The translations under genes were made by a program, and so were the position numbers. A stretch of 64,000 bases of DNA from Spirochaetia bacterium (GTDB lineage Bacteria; Spirochaetota; Spirochaetia; DSM-2461): positions 1,984,001-2,048,000 of the forward strand of contig CAXXIA010000002.1 of NCBI GenBank assembly GCA_963666985.2. The letters are read 5' to 3'. The notes under the pieces are model-generated. The model worked only from the letters and a program-made list of their open reading frames with translations. It was not told where the DNA came from and searched no databases. Positions 1 through 9,676 of the stretch are shown here, piece after piece. Within the stretch, counting starts at the first letter, position 1, and the number at the start of each line of letters is the position of its first letter.

Positions 1-2
1 GG

Positions 3-383
3 GTATCTGTGGACAATAAATATTTCGAACAGCAGTATGGCAGCCATGTGGACTATTTGTACCAGGAAGCGGGAAACGTCGGAGGTCTGGTATCCTTGGG
101 AGTTCGTCAAACGGGGACTTGGGATTATTCGGGAAACGGCCTTATGAAATTTTGGGTAGGAGGTTCCCTTCATTGGTCCTGGATTAATACCGCAGGAGAC
201 GGCCATTATATCGGCACCGTCATCGGCGGGGATGTGCGATTCTACGACCTTATCGATGCAAACAGTCTCTTGGAACTCTATGCCAGTCTTCTGATTCCCG
301 GAAATTACAGTACCGTCGGCGGAACTCAGCAGCGGAATCTCGGTGTCCAAATTATCATCAAGCTGCAGCAAACCCTCTACTGA
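3..383 (+). CDS. C-terminal part of a hypothetical protein, possibly an outer-membrane beta-barrel (5' end outside window)
   Basis: Frame is open from the window start; Gly/aromatic-rich amphipathic strands near the C-terminus. Confidence 0.5.
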   Translation, partial: VSVDNKYFEQQYGSHVDYLYQEAGNVGGLVSLGVRQTGTWDYSGNGLMKFWVGGSLHWSWINTAGDGHYIGTVIGGDVRFYDLIDANSLLELYASLLIPGNYSTVGGTQQRNLGVQIIIKLQQTLY

Positions 384-1798
384 AGTCTTTTACCAATTTG
401 AAAATAGGCGAGTCGGTTGTACAGTTGCCTCCGCGAGATTCCGAGGGAATCGGCTGCCCGGGACCGGTTGTTGTCATATTTTTTTAATACCGCTTCGAGA
501 AACCGTTTTTCCGCCGCTTCAAGGTAAGATTTCAATGTATGGGTCAACATTCTTTCGTCCTGTTCCTCGGGAAATTCTTTATGAGGGGCGGACGGGATTT
601 CGACCGAAGAGAGCGATGGAAGATCTTGCAAAGAAATTTGCGGTCCCGGGGCCAATGTTACGCATCGGGCAACGATGTTTTCCAATTCCCTGATGTTTCC
701 GGGGAAATTATGGTCTTGCAGAGCAGCCAGAGCTTCTTCCGTGAATCCGTCAAGCGGTGTGTTCCGGACGTTTTTATATTTTTCCAGGAAATGAACGATC
801 AGCAGGGCAATGTCGTCCCGACGATTCCGCAAAGGAGGCACCTCAAGGGTTAATGTTTCCAAACGAAAGAATAAATCCTGTCGGAAACTTCCGTCGGCCA
901 CCATCTTCTTCAAATCCCGGTTGGTGGCGGCGATAACATGAACATCGCAGGTTCGCGGCCGACTGTCGCCCAGTCGCTCAAAGCTGCCGTCTTGGAGAAC
1001 ACGCAGCAGTTTTGCCTGTAGTTCCGGCGCCATTTCAGCAATCTCATCCAAGAACAGAGTCCCGTTATCCGCGAGTTCAAATTTACCTTTTCGGTGATTC
1101 TCCGCACCCGTAAAGGCGCCTTTGACATGACCGAACATCTCGCTTTCCAGAAGCTGGGGACTCAACGCCGCGCAATTGACCTTTATAAACGGCCCGTCCC
1201 GGCGAACGCTCCGGTGATGGAGGAAATCGGCCACCAATTCTTTGCCCGTGCCGCTTTCGCCCAGAATGAGCACAGGGAGCGGAGTGTCTTTGATTTGGGT
1301 GAGCTGCCGCATTAAGCGGTCCATGACCGCACTGCGGAAGATAATTCTATGGTTTCTATGCTGGTCGTCCAGCTGAGCTTCAAGCCGTTCCACTTTTTCC
1401 AGGAGTTCGGAATCCTGAATGATTCGCCGAACAACCTCTTCCAGCTCCACCATTTCGAATGGTTTACTCAGGTAGTCAACGGCTCCTTTCCGGATCATTC
1501 CCACGGCTTCCCGAACCTGGCTGTCGGCGGAAATGACAATCACCTTTCCTTTGGGATAACGGTCAAGAAAGCGGTTCAGGAGTTCTCGTCCGTCCAATTC
1601 GGGCATGTGCAGATCGGTAATCAGAAAATGAAAAAAAGACTTTTGAATGCGCTGTAAAGCTTCGGTGGATCGGGAATGATATTCCACCGCTTTATCTCGG
1701 AAAAAAGAGCTGCGGCTCATTTGCCTTTTAAGTGCCGAGAGATACTCCGGTTCGTCGTCTACGACGAGTATACGAAAATTCGGTGTTTCATCTCGCAT
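377..1798 (-). CDS. Sigma54-dependent response regulator (NtrC/AtoC family)
   Basis: REC domain (ILVVDD..TDLHMP..KP), Walker A GESGTGKE, GAFTGA, LFLDEI, C-terminal Fis HTH. Confidence 0.96.
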   Translation of the reverse strand: MRDETPNFRILVVDDEPEYLSALKRQMSRSSFFRDKAVEYHSRSTEALQRIQKSFFHFLITDLHMPELDGRELLNRFLDRYPKGKVIVISADSQVREAVGMIRKGAVDYLSKPFEMVELEEVVRRIIQDSELLEKVERLEAQLDDQHRNHRIIFRSAVMDRLMRQLTQIKDTPLPVLILGESGTGKELVADFLHHRSVRRDGPFIKVNCAALSPQLLESEMFGHVKGAFTGAENHRKGKFELADNGTLFLDEIAEMAPELQAKLLRVLQDGSFERLGDSRPRTCDVHVIAATNRDLKKMVADGSFRQDLFFRLETLTLEVPPLRNRRDDIALLIVHFLEKYKNVRNTPLDGFTEEALAALQDHNFPGNIRELENIVARCVTLAPGPQISLQDLPSLSSVEIPSAPHKEFPEEQDERMLTHTLKSYLEAAEKRFLEAVLKKYDNNRSRAADSLGISRRQLYNRLAYFQIGKRLQ

Positions 1799-1883
1799 TC
1801 CGATTCCTCGAATACTATCATAAGATTTAGGAGGTTAACTAATCAACAAACAGCGTCGAAAGAATGCCCGAGGGGTTCGTGCG

Positions 1884-3098
1884 TTGCTGCTGCGTCATCA
1901 GGCTCGAATTTTCCCCTTTTTAGACATCGCCCTTAATGCATTCAACTATCTCTATCATATCTACGTCTCGTGGTATCTCGTACCGGGAAACTACGGTATT
2001 CTCAACGCCCTTTTGGGCTTGTCCGTTATCCTTATGGTCTCGGGCATCGCTTTTCAGAATTTCATGGCCCGAAATCGGTCCGCTTCAGGGGATGTTCCGG
2101 TTCGGGGAAGGATCTTTTTTTCAGGACTGGCCATCTGGGGGGGGATTCCTCCCGTCCTCCTGCTGGGCGGTTCGTTTTGGATAGCGGAATTCACCCGAAG
2201 CTCTTTCAAATCGGTTCTTTTGCTGTCGCTTCTTTATATCATCCATCTGACACTCAGCGCGCTGCGTGGAATTATCCAGGGGAAACGGCATTTCTTGGCT
2301 CTTAATGTCAGTTTCTACATCGAGGTCGGCGTGAAACTGACGCTGCTGTATTTTCTCCTTCCCATCTATCGGTCGGTGGAAATCGCCTTGGCCGTCATCG
2401 TTATCGGCATGGCAGCGTCGCTGATTCACGCCTTTTTCTTTCTCCGTTCTCAAGGAGAGTTTCAGCCTTCGGAGTCTTCCGAACTCTCACGGACCATCAG
2501 GCTCACCGTTATCATGCAGGGCGTCTCCATTCTTTACGCCGCCAACTTGGTTCTTTATCTGTTTACATCTTTGGACATCCTTTTGGTTAATTATCGCTTT
2601 CCGAAAGATGCCGGCATGTTTGCCGTTCTACAGAAATACGGTCAGATCAGCTTCTTCGCCGGATCAAGCCTTATGACCGTTATGCTGCCCAGTCTCGGAG
2701 CCAGTCTTCCGTCCATGAAGAATTTCTCCGGTGTCCTCAGGCGCTTCGCCCTTATCCTCCTTTCCGGTTTGGTTGCCATGATCCTTGCTTACCGTTTCGT
2801 TCTTCCCTGGACCGTGAAGCCCATTTTCGGGGAGGCCTATGCCGCCGCCGCCGATTATCTGGTGCTTTCGGGGCTTACTTATGCGTTTCTGGTGATTGCT
2901 CTGTTCTTCTCAACATCCTTGATTGCGCTGAATAAAAAAGTTTACGTACCCATTCTCGCACTGGGGGCTCTGCTGCTCATTCCCGGCCTGCTCATTGTTC
3001 CTGCGCCGGTGATTAATGTGTTCAAGATGCAGATCGGGATTTATCTCACCCTTGCCCTTGTGCTGGGAATCGTCGTTATAAAGGAGGTCCGTTTATGA
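1884..3098 (+). CDS. Oligosaccharide/polysaccharide flippase-like membrane protein (start may be ATC at 1842)
   Basis: About 12 hydrophobic segments; ATGA overlap with a downstream glycosyltransferase. Confidence 0.75.
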   Translation: MLLRHQARIFPFLDIALNAFNYLYHIYVSWYLVPGNYGILNALLGLSVILMVSGIAFQNFMARNRSASGDVPVRGRIFFSGLAIWGGIPPVLLLGGSFWIAEFTRSSFKSVLLLSLLYIIHLTLSALRGIIQGKRHFLALNVSFYIEVGVKLTLLYFLLPIYRSVEIALAVIVIGMAASLIHAFFFLRSQGEFQPSESSELSRTIRLTVIMQGVSILYAANLVLYLFTSLDILLVNYRFPKDAGMFAVLQKYGQISFFAGSSLMTVMLPSLGASLPSMKNFSGVLRRFALILLSGLVAMILAYRFVLPWTVKPIFGEAYAAAADYLVLSGLTYAFLVIALFFSTSLIALNKKVYVPILALGALLLIPGLLIVPAPVINVFKMQIGIYLTLALVLGIVVIKEVRL

Positions 3099-4339
3099 AA
3101 TCAGTCGTATTGGAACCGGATAATCGAGTCACGTTGCTCTTCTTGTCTTGGAGGGATATCAAAGCACCGAAAATGGGTGGGGCGGAACTCTACACTCATG
3201 AGATGATGGTCCGGAGCGACCGGAAAGCCTGGCGCATCATCCATTTTTCCCCGGGCGTTCAGGGACTTTCGGATGATGAGGTGATTGACGGTATCCGATA
3301 TCTGAGGGCGGGGGGCATCCTGTCGGTTATCTGGAAAGCCCGTCGGTTCTATAAGGTTAACCGGGAACGAATCCGTTTCGTTATTGACCAGTGCAACAGT
3401 CATCGATTCTTCACCCGGTTCTGGGTGCCGGCGAAAAAACGTGTGTTTTTCATCCATCAGCTCACCCGGGAAATATGGACAATCCAGGCGCCTTTCCCCA
3501 TCGGGTTCATTGGCCGATTGACCGAGAACCCTCTTCTGAAACTTTCACGCAGGGATCCGACTATCGCCGTGTCGCCGTCGACGAAACAGGATCTGCTGGA
3601 TGTAGGATTCTCCGACGCTCTGACCGCTGTTATTCCCGAGGGCTTGGATTTCGAGGTCTGGCCTCCCGAACGATGGCTAGAAAAAGCCGATCCGTCGGTG
3701 TTCGTGTATGTCGGGAGGTATTCCACCTATAAAGGGATCGATGTTGCTCTTCAGGCTTACTTTATCGCCAAAAAAACCCACCCGAGCATCCGGTTCTGGG
3801 TGCTCGGCAAGAGGAATGAAGACTATATCACCCGTCATTTGGCACCGCTTTGTAAGAGGGCCTCGCTCACTCAGGCGGCACCGGGATGGAACAACCCTCC
3901 TTTTGAGACGGTAGCTCCGGAATCCGCCGACGTTATATATTGGGGATTTGTTTCGGAGCAGGAGAAATTGGAGAGAATGTCCCGGGCCAGGCTGCTGATC
4001 TTCCCGTCGATTCGTGAGGGCTGGGGACTGATTATCTCCGAAGCCGCGGCCGTCGGCACGCCCAGCGTAGTCTTCGATGCACCGGGATCCCGGGACGCCG
4101 TGGATAAAGGAAATGCCGGATATCTCTGTGAAACACGGTCGCCGGAGTGTTTCGCCCGACAGATGATTTTGGCCATCGAGGATACTGCCGGTTATGAAGA
4201 TATGCGCTCCCGGGCCCATCGTTTCGCTTCGGTGTTACACTGGGATCGTACCGGTGCGGCCATGGACGCGTTCTTCAACGACTTGCTGAACGGCCGGGAG
4301 CCCGGACATTCCACAACCCTACAGGCTGATTATGATTAA
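3095..4339 (+). CDS. Glycosyltransferase family 4
   Basis: GGAE N-terminal motif, YVGR...KG, EGWGLIISEA (EX7E) motif. Confidence 0.92.
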   Translation: MKSVVLEPDNRVTLLFLSWRDIKAPKMGGAELYTHEMMVRSDRKAWRIIHFSPGVQGLSDDEVIDGIRYLRAGGILSVIWKARRFYKVNRERIRFVIDQCNSHRFFTRFWVPAKKRVFFIHQLTREIWTIQAPFPIGFIGRLTENPLLKLSRRDPTIAVSPSTKQDLLDVGFSDALTAVIPEGLDFEVWPPERWLEKADPSVFVYVGRYSTYKGIDVALQAYFIAKKTHPSIRFWVLGKRNEDYITRHLAPLCKRASLTQAAPGWNNPPFETVAPESADVIYWGFVSEQEKLERMSRARLLIFPSIREGWGLIISEAAAVGTPSVVFDAPGSRDAVDKGNAGYLCETRSPECFARQMILAIEDTAGYEDMRSRAHRFASVLHWDRTGAAMDAFFNDLLNGREPGHSTTLQADYD

Positions 4340-5249
4340 GAAACCGGCTGAAACTCTTCAGTCATCCGTTAGCTCACCGGTGTTGGGCATTGCCTTTTCC
4401 TGCTTTAACAATGGGGAAACCGCCGGAAAGTGTCTTGCCAGCTGCATTGCTCAGAGCTGGAAAAATCTTGTTATTGAGGCGGCCGACGACGGTTCGACCG
4501 ACAACACGGTCGAAATCTTAATGCGAACCTCGGGAGATGATTCACGGGTGCATGTCCTGGAACTGTCTCATGGTGAACGCGGCGTGGCACGTAAAGCCGC
4601 CATCGACGCCTTGAGGGAAAAAGGATGCGATTACCTGTTGTTCATTGATTCTGATATGGAATTGGCCTCCGATCTTTGCGAACTCTGCTTGGAGAACTTA
4701 GCTGTTCACCCGGAGATAGGCGCTTTAGTGATTCCCGAGATTCCCTGGAGCGAATCGACGAATTTCTTTACCCGGGTTAAAATTTTCGAACGTTCGATTT
4801 TAAACAATGCCGGGAAACGTATCGGACGATTTTCCATCGAGGCGGCCAGATTCTGGCGGTTTCCTGTTTATGACCTTTCGGGCGGCATCAGCGAAACTCA
4901 GATCGCCTTCGAGGAGACCCAGCCGACGATTCGTTATCTGGACCAGGGAGGAATCGTCCGGCGGGCGGTTTTCACCGGTATGAAGCATAATGAAGGGTAT
5001 AACACGTTCAAGGCGATCATGGATAAGAAACGCTACTATTTCGATGCCATGCAGGGAACGATTACAGAGGAACGACAAGGCTTCTTTAAGGCCCTCTCTC
5101 GCTGGTATTTCTTTCGGCCGGTACTCTATCGTCCCTCCAACATGCTTCGTTATCTCCGCCATCCCGTTCTGGCATTGGCGATGTTTTATATGTATTTCCG
5201 ATTGAGCTTCGCGGCATTCGGAGCCTGGATGCGCAAGCGGAAGGGATAG
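4332..5249 (+). CDS. Glycosyltransferase family 2
   Basis: DDGSTDNT and FIDSD (DxD) motifs. Confidence 0.9.
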   Translation: MIKKPAETLQSSVSSPVLGIAFSCFNNGETAGKCLASCIAQSWKNLVIEAADDGSTDNTVEILMRTSGDDSRVHVLELSHGERGVARKAAIDALREKGCDYLLFIDSDMELASDLCELCLENLAVHPEIGALVIPEIPWSESTNFFTRVKIFERSILNNAGKRIGRFSIEAARFWRFPVYDLSGGISETQIAFEETQPTIRYLDQGGIVRRAVFTGMKHNEGYNTFKAIMDKKRYYFDAMQGTITEERQGFFKALSRWYFFRPVLYRPSNMLRYLRHPVLALAMFYMYFRLSFAAFGAWMRKRKG

Positions 5250-5290
5250 GACTTCGGACTGTGGTCCGACCAAAGGACCGGGAGGTTCCC

Positions 5291-5860
5291 TTATTCCCAG
5301 ATTAAGAATGGGCCGGTTCCATTCTCATGAATCTTCTTTCCATTATTCCCGATATGCCGGGAGGACGGCGAAGCGGCCAGCACCGAACCCGACGGTCCGC
5401 ATAGGACAACCGGTGTGTCGGCGGACTCGACAAGGTTCACCGCGTCTTTTTCTTCGAAACAGAAATTTCCCCGGTGTTTTAAAAGTTCGGCGTATTCCAG
5501 CGCCTGTAAAATTAAGTCTTTGGCTTCCTGGTTCACTCGCCAAGGTTTTGTTATGAACCGGAAAACCTCACCCCGATTAATCGCCGAGAGGATCATCGGA
5601 ATCTGTGCGTGGCCGGAGAGGACGATGCGTACCGTTCGAGGTGAAATTTCCTTGACCTTCTCAAGAAGAACCAAGCCGTTCATATCCGCCATCAGCAGAT
5701 CGCTGACCAGAACATCAATGTTCCGATCGGCGAGAATGGTGAGGGCTTCTTCCGGACTTGTAGTAAAAATTTGTTCAAAAGATTCGTTTCTCAGAAGGCG
5801 CTTGAGGGAGTCGAGGACCGGGAGTTCGTCGTCGACGAACAGAACTTTACTCCGTTCCAT
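5291..5860 (-). CDS. Response regulator receiver protein with short PAS-like tail
   Basis: VLFVDDE, SDLLM, LSG, TKPW receiver motifs. Confidence 0.88.
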   Translation of the reverse strand: MERSKVLFVDDELPVLDSLKRLLRNESFEQIFTTSPEEALTILADRNIDVLVSDLLMADMNGLVLLEKVKEISPRTVRIVLSGHAQIPMILSAINRGEVFRFITKPWRVNQEAKDLILQALEYAELLKHRGNFCFEEKDAVNLVESADTPVVLCGPSGSVLAASPSSRHIGNNGKKIHENGTGPFLIWE

Positions 5861-6962
5861 ATGATACTCCTCGATTCATCTTCGGGATTGTACGGATCGA
5901 TCGGAGGAAGCGGAGCGAATCGCGGATGATGTCGACGTGGGAACCTTCCCGATCGATACAGACTACCGGCATCTGCAGAACCCTGAAACGAAGTTTGCGT
6001 GCCAGATACATCATTTCCAGGTCGATGGCCAATCCGTTCTCTTCATGGAGATGATGGAGAATATGGCGGGCGGCCACCGCGTTCATGGCCTTTAGACCGG
6101 TTTGTGAATCGTAAACTCCGGGGGGCAGCAGGCGGGATGTCAGTCTCCTCTTACCGAAACTCATCAAGCGGCGAATGGGAGGCCTGTTTTCGGCTGTGAG
6201 ATCCTTTGTCCCCACAACCATGTCGTAATATCCTTCCCTCAGGATGTTGATCATCTTCGAGATATCCTCGATACGGAATGAGTCGTCGGCATCCGCAAAC
6301 ACAAGGATATCGGCCTTAATCGACTGTATCCCCTGAATGTAAGTTCCCGCCTTTCTCGTATTCTTTTGGAGATTCTGAAGGGAGAAAAAAGGTTCCCTGT
6401 GCACGATGTTCACATCTTCACTTTCCTGGGCGATGATATGGTCGATAACCTTCTGCGTGTTGTCCGCGCTTCCGTCGTTGATGAAATAGATCGTGGTGTT
6501 GAGAAACGCCTTTTCCATAAAAACGCGAAGTTTCTTCAAGAAACTGTAGACGTTCTCGATGCGGGCTTCTTCGTTGTAAACGGGAAGAATGACCGCGATG
6601 TCGTTCCGCACCGAAGAGTATTCCTGATGCATCAGTGTTTCGACTTTCTCCAAAAGCTGTTCCGGATATTCGGATCTCCAGTAAAGCAAAGAAACCGGCC
6701 CATATCCGGGGATGTTTCGGAGGAATCCGGTTTTGTTTTTTGTGATGTAATCTTCAATGAATAGAAGTGGGATATCCGGACGCATTCCTCGAACTTTCGC
6801 GGCGGTATCAGCAATCGCCGCATCGTCGTTTCGGTCGATGATGACGGCATTCACCTCATCGCCGAGTTCGGATGTTTCATTGAGGCTTACGTCGAAAAAC
6901 GACAAGATTTTGTTATAGGGAATGGCTCTATCTCCGTCTGAAACCACAGAAATAGCAGACAT
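5847..6962 (-). CDS. GT2 glycosyltransferase (polyprenyl-phosphate glycosyltransferase-like) with N-terminal receiver-like domain
   Basis: ILPVYNEE, NDGSAD, DADD, DSQTGLK motifs; SD GGAGGTG precedes ATG at 6962. Confidence 0.85.
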   Translation of the reverse strand: MSAISVVSDGDRAIPYNKILSFFDVSLNETSELGDEVNAVIIDRNDDAAIADTAAKVRGMRPDIPLLFIEDYITKNKTGFLRNIPGYGPVSLLYWRSEYPEQLLEKVETLMHQEYSSVRNDIAVILPVYNEEARIENVYSFLKKLRVFMEKAFLNTTIYFINDGSADNTQKVIDHIIAQESEDVNIVHREPFFSLQNLQKNTRKAGTYIQGIQSIKADILVFADADDSFRIEDISKMINILREGYYDMVVGTKDLTAENRPPIRRLMSFGKRRLTSRLLPPGVYDSQTGLKAMNAVAARHILHHLHEENGLAIDLEMMYLARKLRFRVLQMPVVCIDREGSHVDIIRDSLRFLRSIRTIPKMNRGVSYGTE

Positions 6963-7274
6963 TTTTACACCTCCGCTAAAAGCGTAATTCATCATTTTAC
7001 AGGAAACAATACGTCATTTTTCCAGCGGAAATAATTATTGGATGGAGGGATTCGACGAATTGTCTTCCGGAGTATCGAAAATCATGCAAAGACTCGAACC
7101 AAATCTTCTTCCGATCGCCTTATGCACCCGTGTTCGCCGAAAATTCGGAAATTTCAGTCCGGGACGGCTTTATCAGTCCTGCCGATGCGGGCCGATGGCT
7201 TCGGGAAGAACCTCCGTACGGCAGTACCCGGCATAAAAAGATATGGTACGCCGCGAATCCGCCCATATGCCGAT

Positions 7275-8363
7275 TCAATTATCTTGTGCCGATCGTTTGA
7301 GTGAATCGCCGCGTCCCCAATCAACGGTGAGTCCTGCCTGCCGTGCAATGTCATTATAGAGTTCCGGGAGTTCATCCTTGGAAGAGTCTGCGGTAATGCT
7401 TTTTTTCCCCGGAAAAAGATTGTATTGAGACCTGAACGACTGAGGTGTAAAGCACGGCATAAGAACATTGGCTCCCGCCAGAAGTCCCTCGACGCGATAA
7501 TCCGCGTCCATACTGCCGAGAGCCGTTGTTGTCGGCATCCATGCGCTGCGGGTTAGCAGCCGGGTGAGCGCGATAACACGCAGTGTCAGAGGTACATCCC
7601 CAGCCGGTTCGTTTCGCAGAGGCGTCGCCGGATGGGGAATAAAGGGACCGATTCCGATCATGTCGAAATCAAACTCGTGAAAGTAGGCTATATCATGAGC
7701 GATATGGGATATTGTCTGACCCGGCACGCCGACCATAATGCCGCTCCCCGTTTGGTACCCCAAATCCCGTAAATCCCGGAGCGCTTGAAGCCGAGTTTCT
7801 ACGCTTCGATTTTCATGAAGGGAGGCATAAAGCGATTCATCGACAGCTTCAATACGAAGGAGATAGCGGTCCGCTCCGGCCTCTCTCCACTCGGCATAAT
7901 CGGAGCGCGGCCTTTCTCCCGCGGAGAGTGTTACGGCCATTCCGGTTTCGGTTTTTATTCGTTTGACAACATCTGAGAGCCGAGAGGCCGGCGTGGCGCC
8001 TTCTCCCGACTGAAGCACAACGGTTCGTATTCCCGCATTCGCTATTCGGCGGGCCGCCGCGGCGATATGATCCGCCGACATGTGATATCGCTTTAGTGCC
8101 CGATTCTTTCGGTTCAGACCGCAGTAAAAACATGTGTTGCCGCAGATGTTTGAAAATTCAATAAGTCCACGGATAAGCATCCGCGGTCCGCACGCCTCAT
8201 TCCTCATCTTTCTCGCTTCGGCGAGAAGAATCTCATGTTCCTCCGGGCCCCCCGCCCGCAGCAGAAGTTCTATATCGGATATGGATGGCGGCGGTTTCGG
8301 ATTATTCTGCGAACGGATGCCGCGGATTCGGTCGAGAGCGGCGATATAGTCTTTTCGTATCAT
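7275..8363 (-). CDS. hydE: [FeFe]-hydrogenase H-cluster radical SAM maturase HydE
   Basis: RGLIEFSNICGNTCFYC (CX3CX2C), VLQSGE, RYLLRIE, GIGPFIPHPATP, PTTTALG, GANVLMP; ATGA-coupled to hydF. Confidence 0.88.
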   Translation of the reverse strand: MIRKDYIAALDRIRGIRSQNNPKPPPSISDIELLLRAGGPEEHEILLAEARKMRNEACGPRMLIRGLIEFSNICGNTCFYCGLNRKNRALKRYHMSADHIAAAARRIANAGIRTVVLQSGEGATPASRLSDVVKRIKTETGMAVTLSAGERPRSDYAEWREAGADRYLLRIEAVDESLYASLHENRSVETRLQALRDLRDLGYQTGSGIMVGVPGQTISHIAHDIAYFHEFDFDMIGIGPFIPHPATPLRNEPAGDVPLTLRVIALTRLLTRSAWMPTTTALGSMDADYRVEGLLAGANVLMPCFTPQSFRSQYNLFPGKKSITADSSKDELPELYNDIARQAGLTVDWGRGDSLKRSAQDN

Positions 8364-9664
8364 GCTCCGACCCGGCTGTTTGTTTTGTTTTCAATGGCAT
8401 GCCTGTAAGCCTCCAGCGCCGCCGGGAACGGCGAAAGAGTCCGTTCAACAACGCCCTGCAGCGTGGAAATCGCAATGCCGTAATTGGTCATGGCAACACC
8501 GGCGGACCGGGCCTGCTCGATACGCCATAACATTTCGCGGCGGGTGAGGGTACATCCTCCGCAGTGAATTATCAGCCGATACCGGGAAAGATCCTCAGGG
8601 TAGTCTTTTCCGGCATAATGATCGATTTCGAGATGAATCCCGGAAAATTGCCGAAGCCATCGGGGAATCTTGACTCGGCCGATATCGTCCGCCAAGGGAT
8701 GATGCGAGCATGCTTCCGAAATGAGAATTCTATCTCCCTCTTTGAGTAAAGACAGCACCGCCGCGCCTTCCGCCAAATAGGAAATGTTCCCTTTATAGCG
8801 GGAGAACAAAATGGAAAAGGTTGTGCACGGAACATTGGACGGGGTGTCAGCGGTCATTTTCAGAACGATTTGCGAATCGCAGACAACCAGATCGGGCGGA
8901 TTCTTCAGGCAGGAGAGGTAGGCCGGGAACTCCCGTTCCTTAACAACGGTTACCGCGGCGTCGCTGTCGAGGGCGTCCCGTATCGACTGTACCTGCGGCA
9001 GTATGAGACGTCCTTTCGGGGCCTGGAGGTCGATCGGTACGATGAGAGCGACCACCGGGAGTCCTTTGCCGACGGGAAGCAGATCTCCCAGAATGGCCGG
9101 AGGGTTAAGAAAATCATCGGGGCATACCGCGATCAGATTTTTTTTCAGTTCCAGAATAATCGTTTCACGGAGATGAGCCGCCTCGGAGGCCGTGCGGCGC
9201 TCATTGGTTACCGAAGTACTTTCCATAATGTAAGAGCTTTTTTTTTCGAGCTCTTCAATCCATGTTTTGCTCGGTTTTTTCAGGTCCGTCTTGTTGATGA
9301 CAAAGATGATTGGAATCTTCCGATCTTTACAGGCTTCAATAATTTTCTCTTCAAAAGGAGTCCATACGTCGCTTTCGAGAATGATTAAAGCCACATCAGA
9401 TGCGGAAAGAGCCATGGTTGTTTTTTCGACGCGAAGAGCACCTAAAGACGATTCATCATCAATTCCCGCGGTATCCAGAAAAACAACGGGACCCAGCGGA
9501 AGCAGTTCCATCGATTTATAAACAACGTCGGTGGTTGTTCCTTCCGTGGAGGAAACAATAGAGGCGGGCTGATCGGCTATTGTATTGAGGAAGCTTGATT
9601 TGCCCGTGTTTGTTCTTCCGAAAATTCCGATATGCAGGCGAAGGGATTTGGGTGTTTTCATCAT
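8360..9664 (-). CDS. hydF: [FeFe]-hydrogenase maturation GTPase HydF
   Basis: GRTNTGKSS, GTTTD, DTAG, NKTD, APKGRLILPQ, CSH...HCGGC Fe-S ligands. Confidence 0.96.
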   Translation of the reverse strand: MMKTPKSLRLHIGIFGRTNTGKSSFLNTIADQPASIVSSTEGTTTDVVYKSMELLPLGPVVFLDTAGIDDESSLGALRVEKTTMALSASDVALIILESDVWTPFEEKIIEACKDRKIPIIFVINKTDLKKPSKTWIEELEKKSSYIMESTSVTNERRTASEAAHLRETIILELKKNLIAVCPDDFLNPPAILGDLLPVGKGLPVVALIVPIDLQAPKGRLILPQVQSIRDALDSDAAVTVVKEREFPAYLSCLKNPPDLVVCDSQIVLKMTADTPSNVPCTTFSILFSRYKGNISYLAEGAAVLSLLKEGDRILISEACSHHPLADDIGRVKIPRWLRQFSGIHLEIDHYAGKDYPEDLSRYRLIIHCGGCTLTRREMLWRIEQARSAGVAMTNYGIAISTLQGVVERTLSPFPAALEAYRHAIENKTNSRVGA

Positions 9665-9676
9665 TGCGGGGTTTCC

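Noticed and set aside
1799..1883. Sigma54 promoter for the glycosylation cluster
   Set aside because: No clear TGGCAC-N5-TTGC motif in the intergenic region
7275..8363. Biotin synthase, PylB, ThiH or HydG identity
   Set aside because: Motifs and coupling to hydF fit HydE; lacks the HydG C-terminal Cys domain
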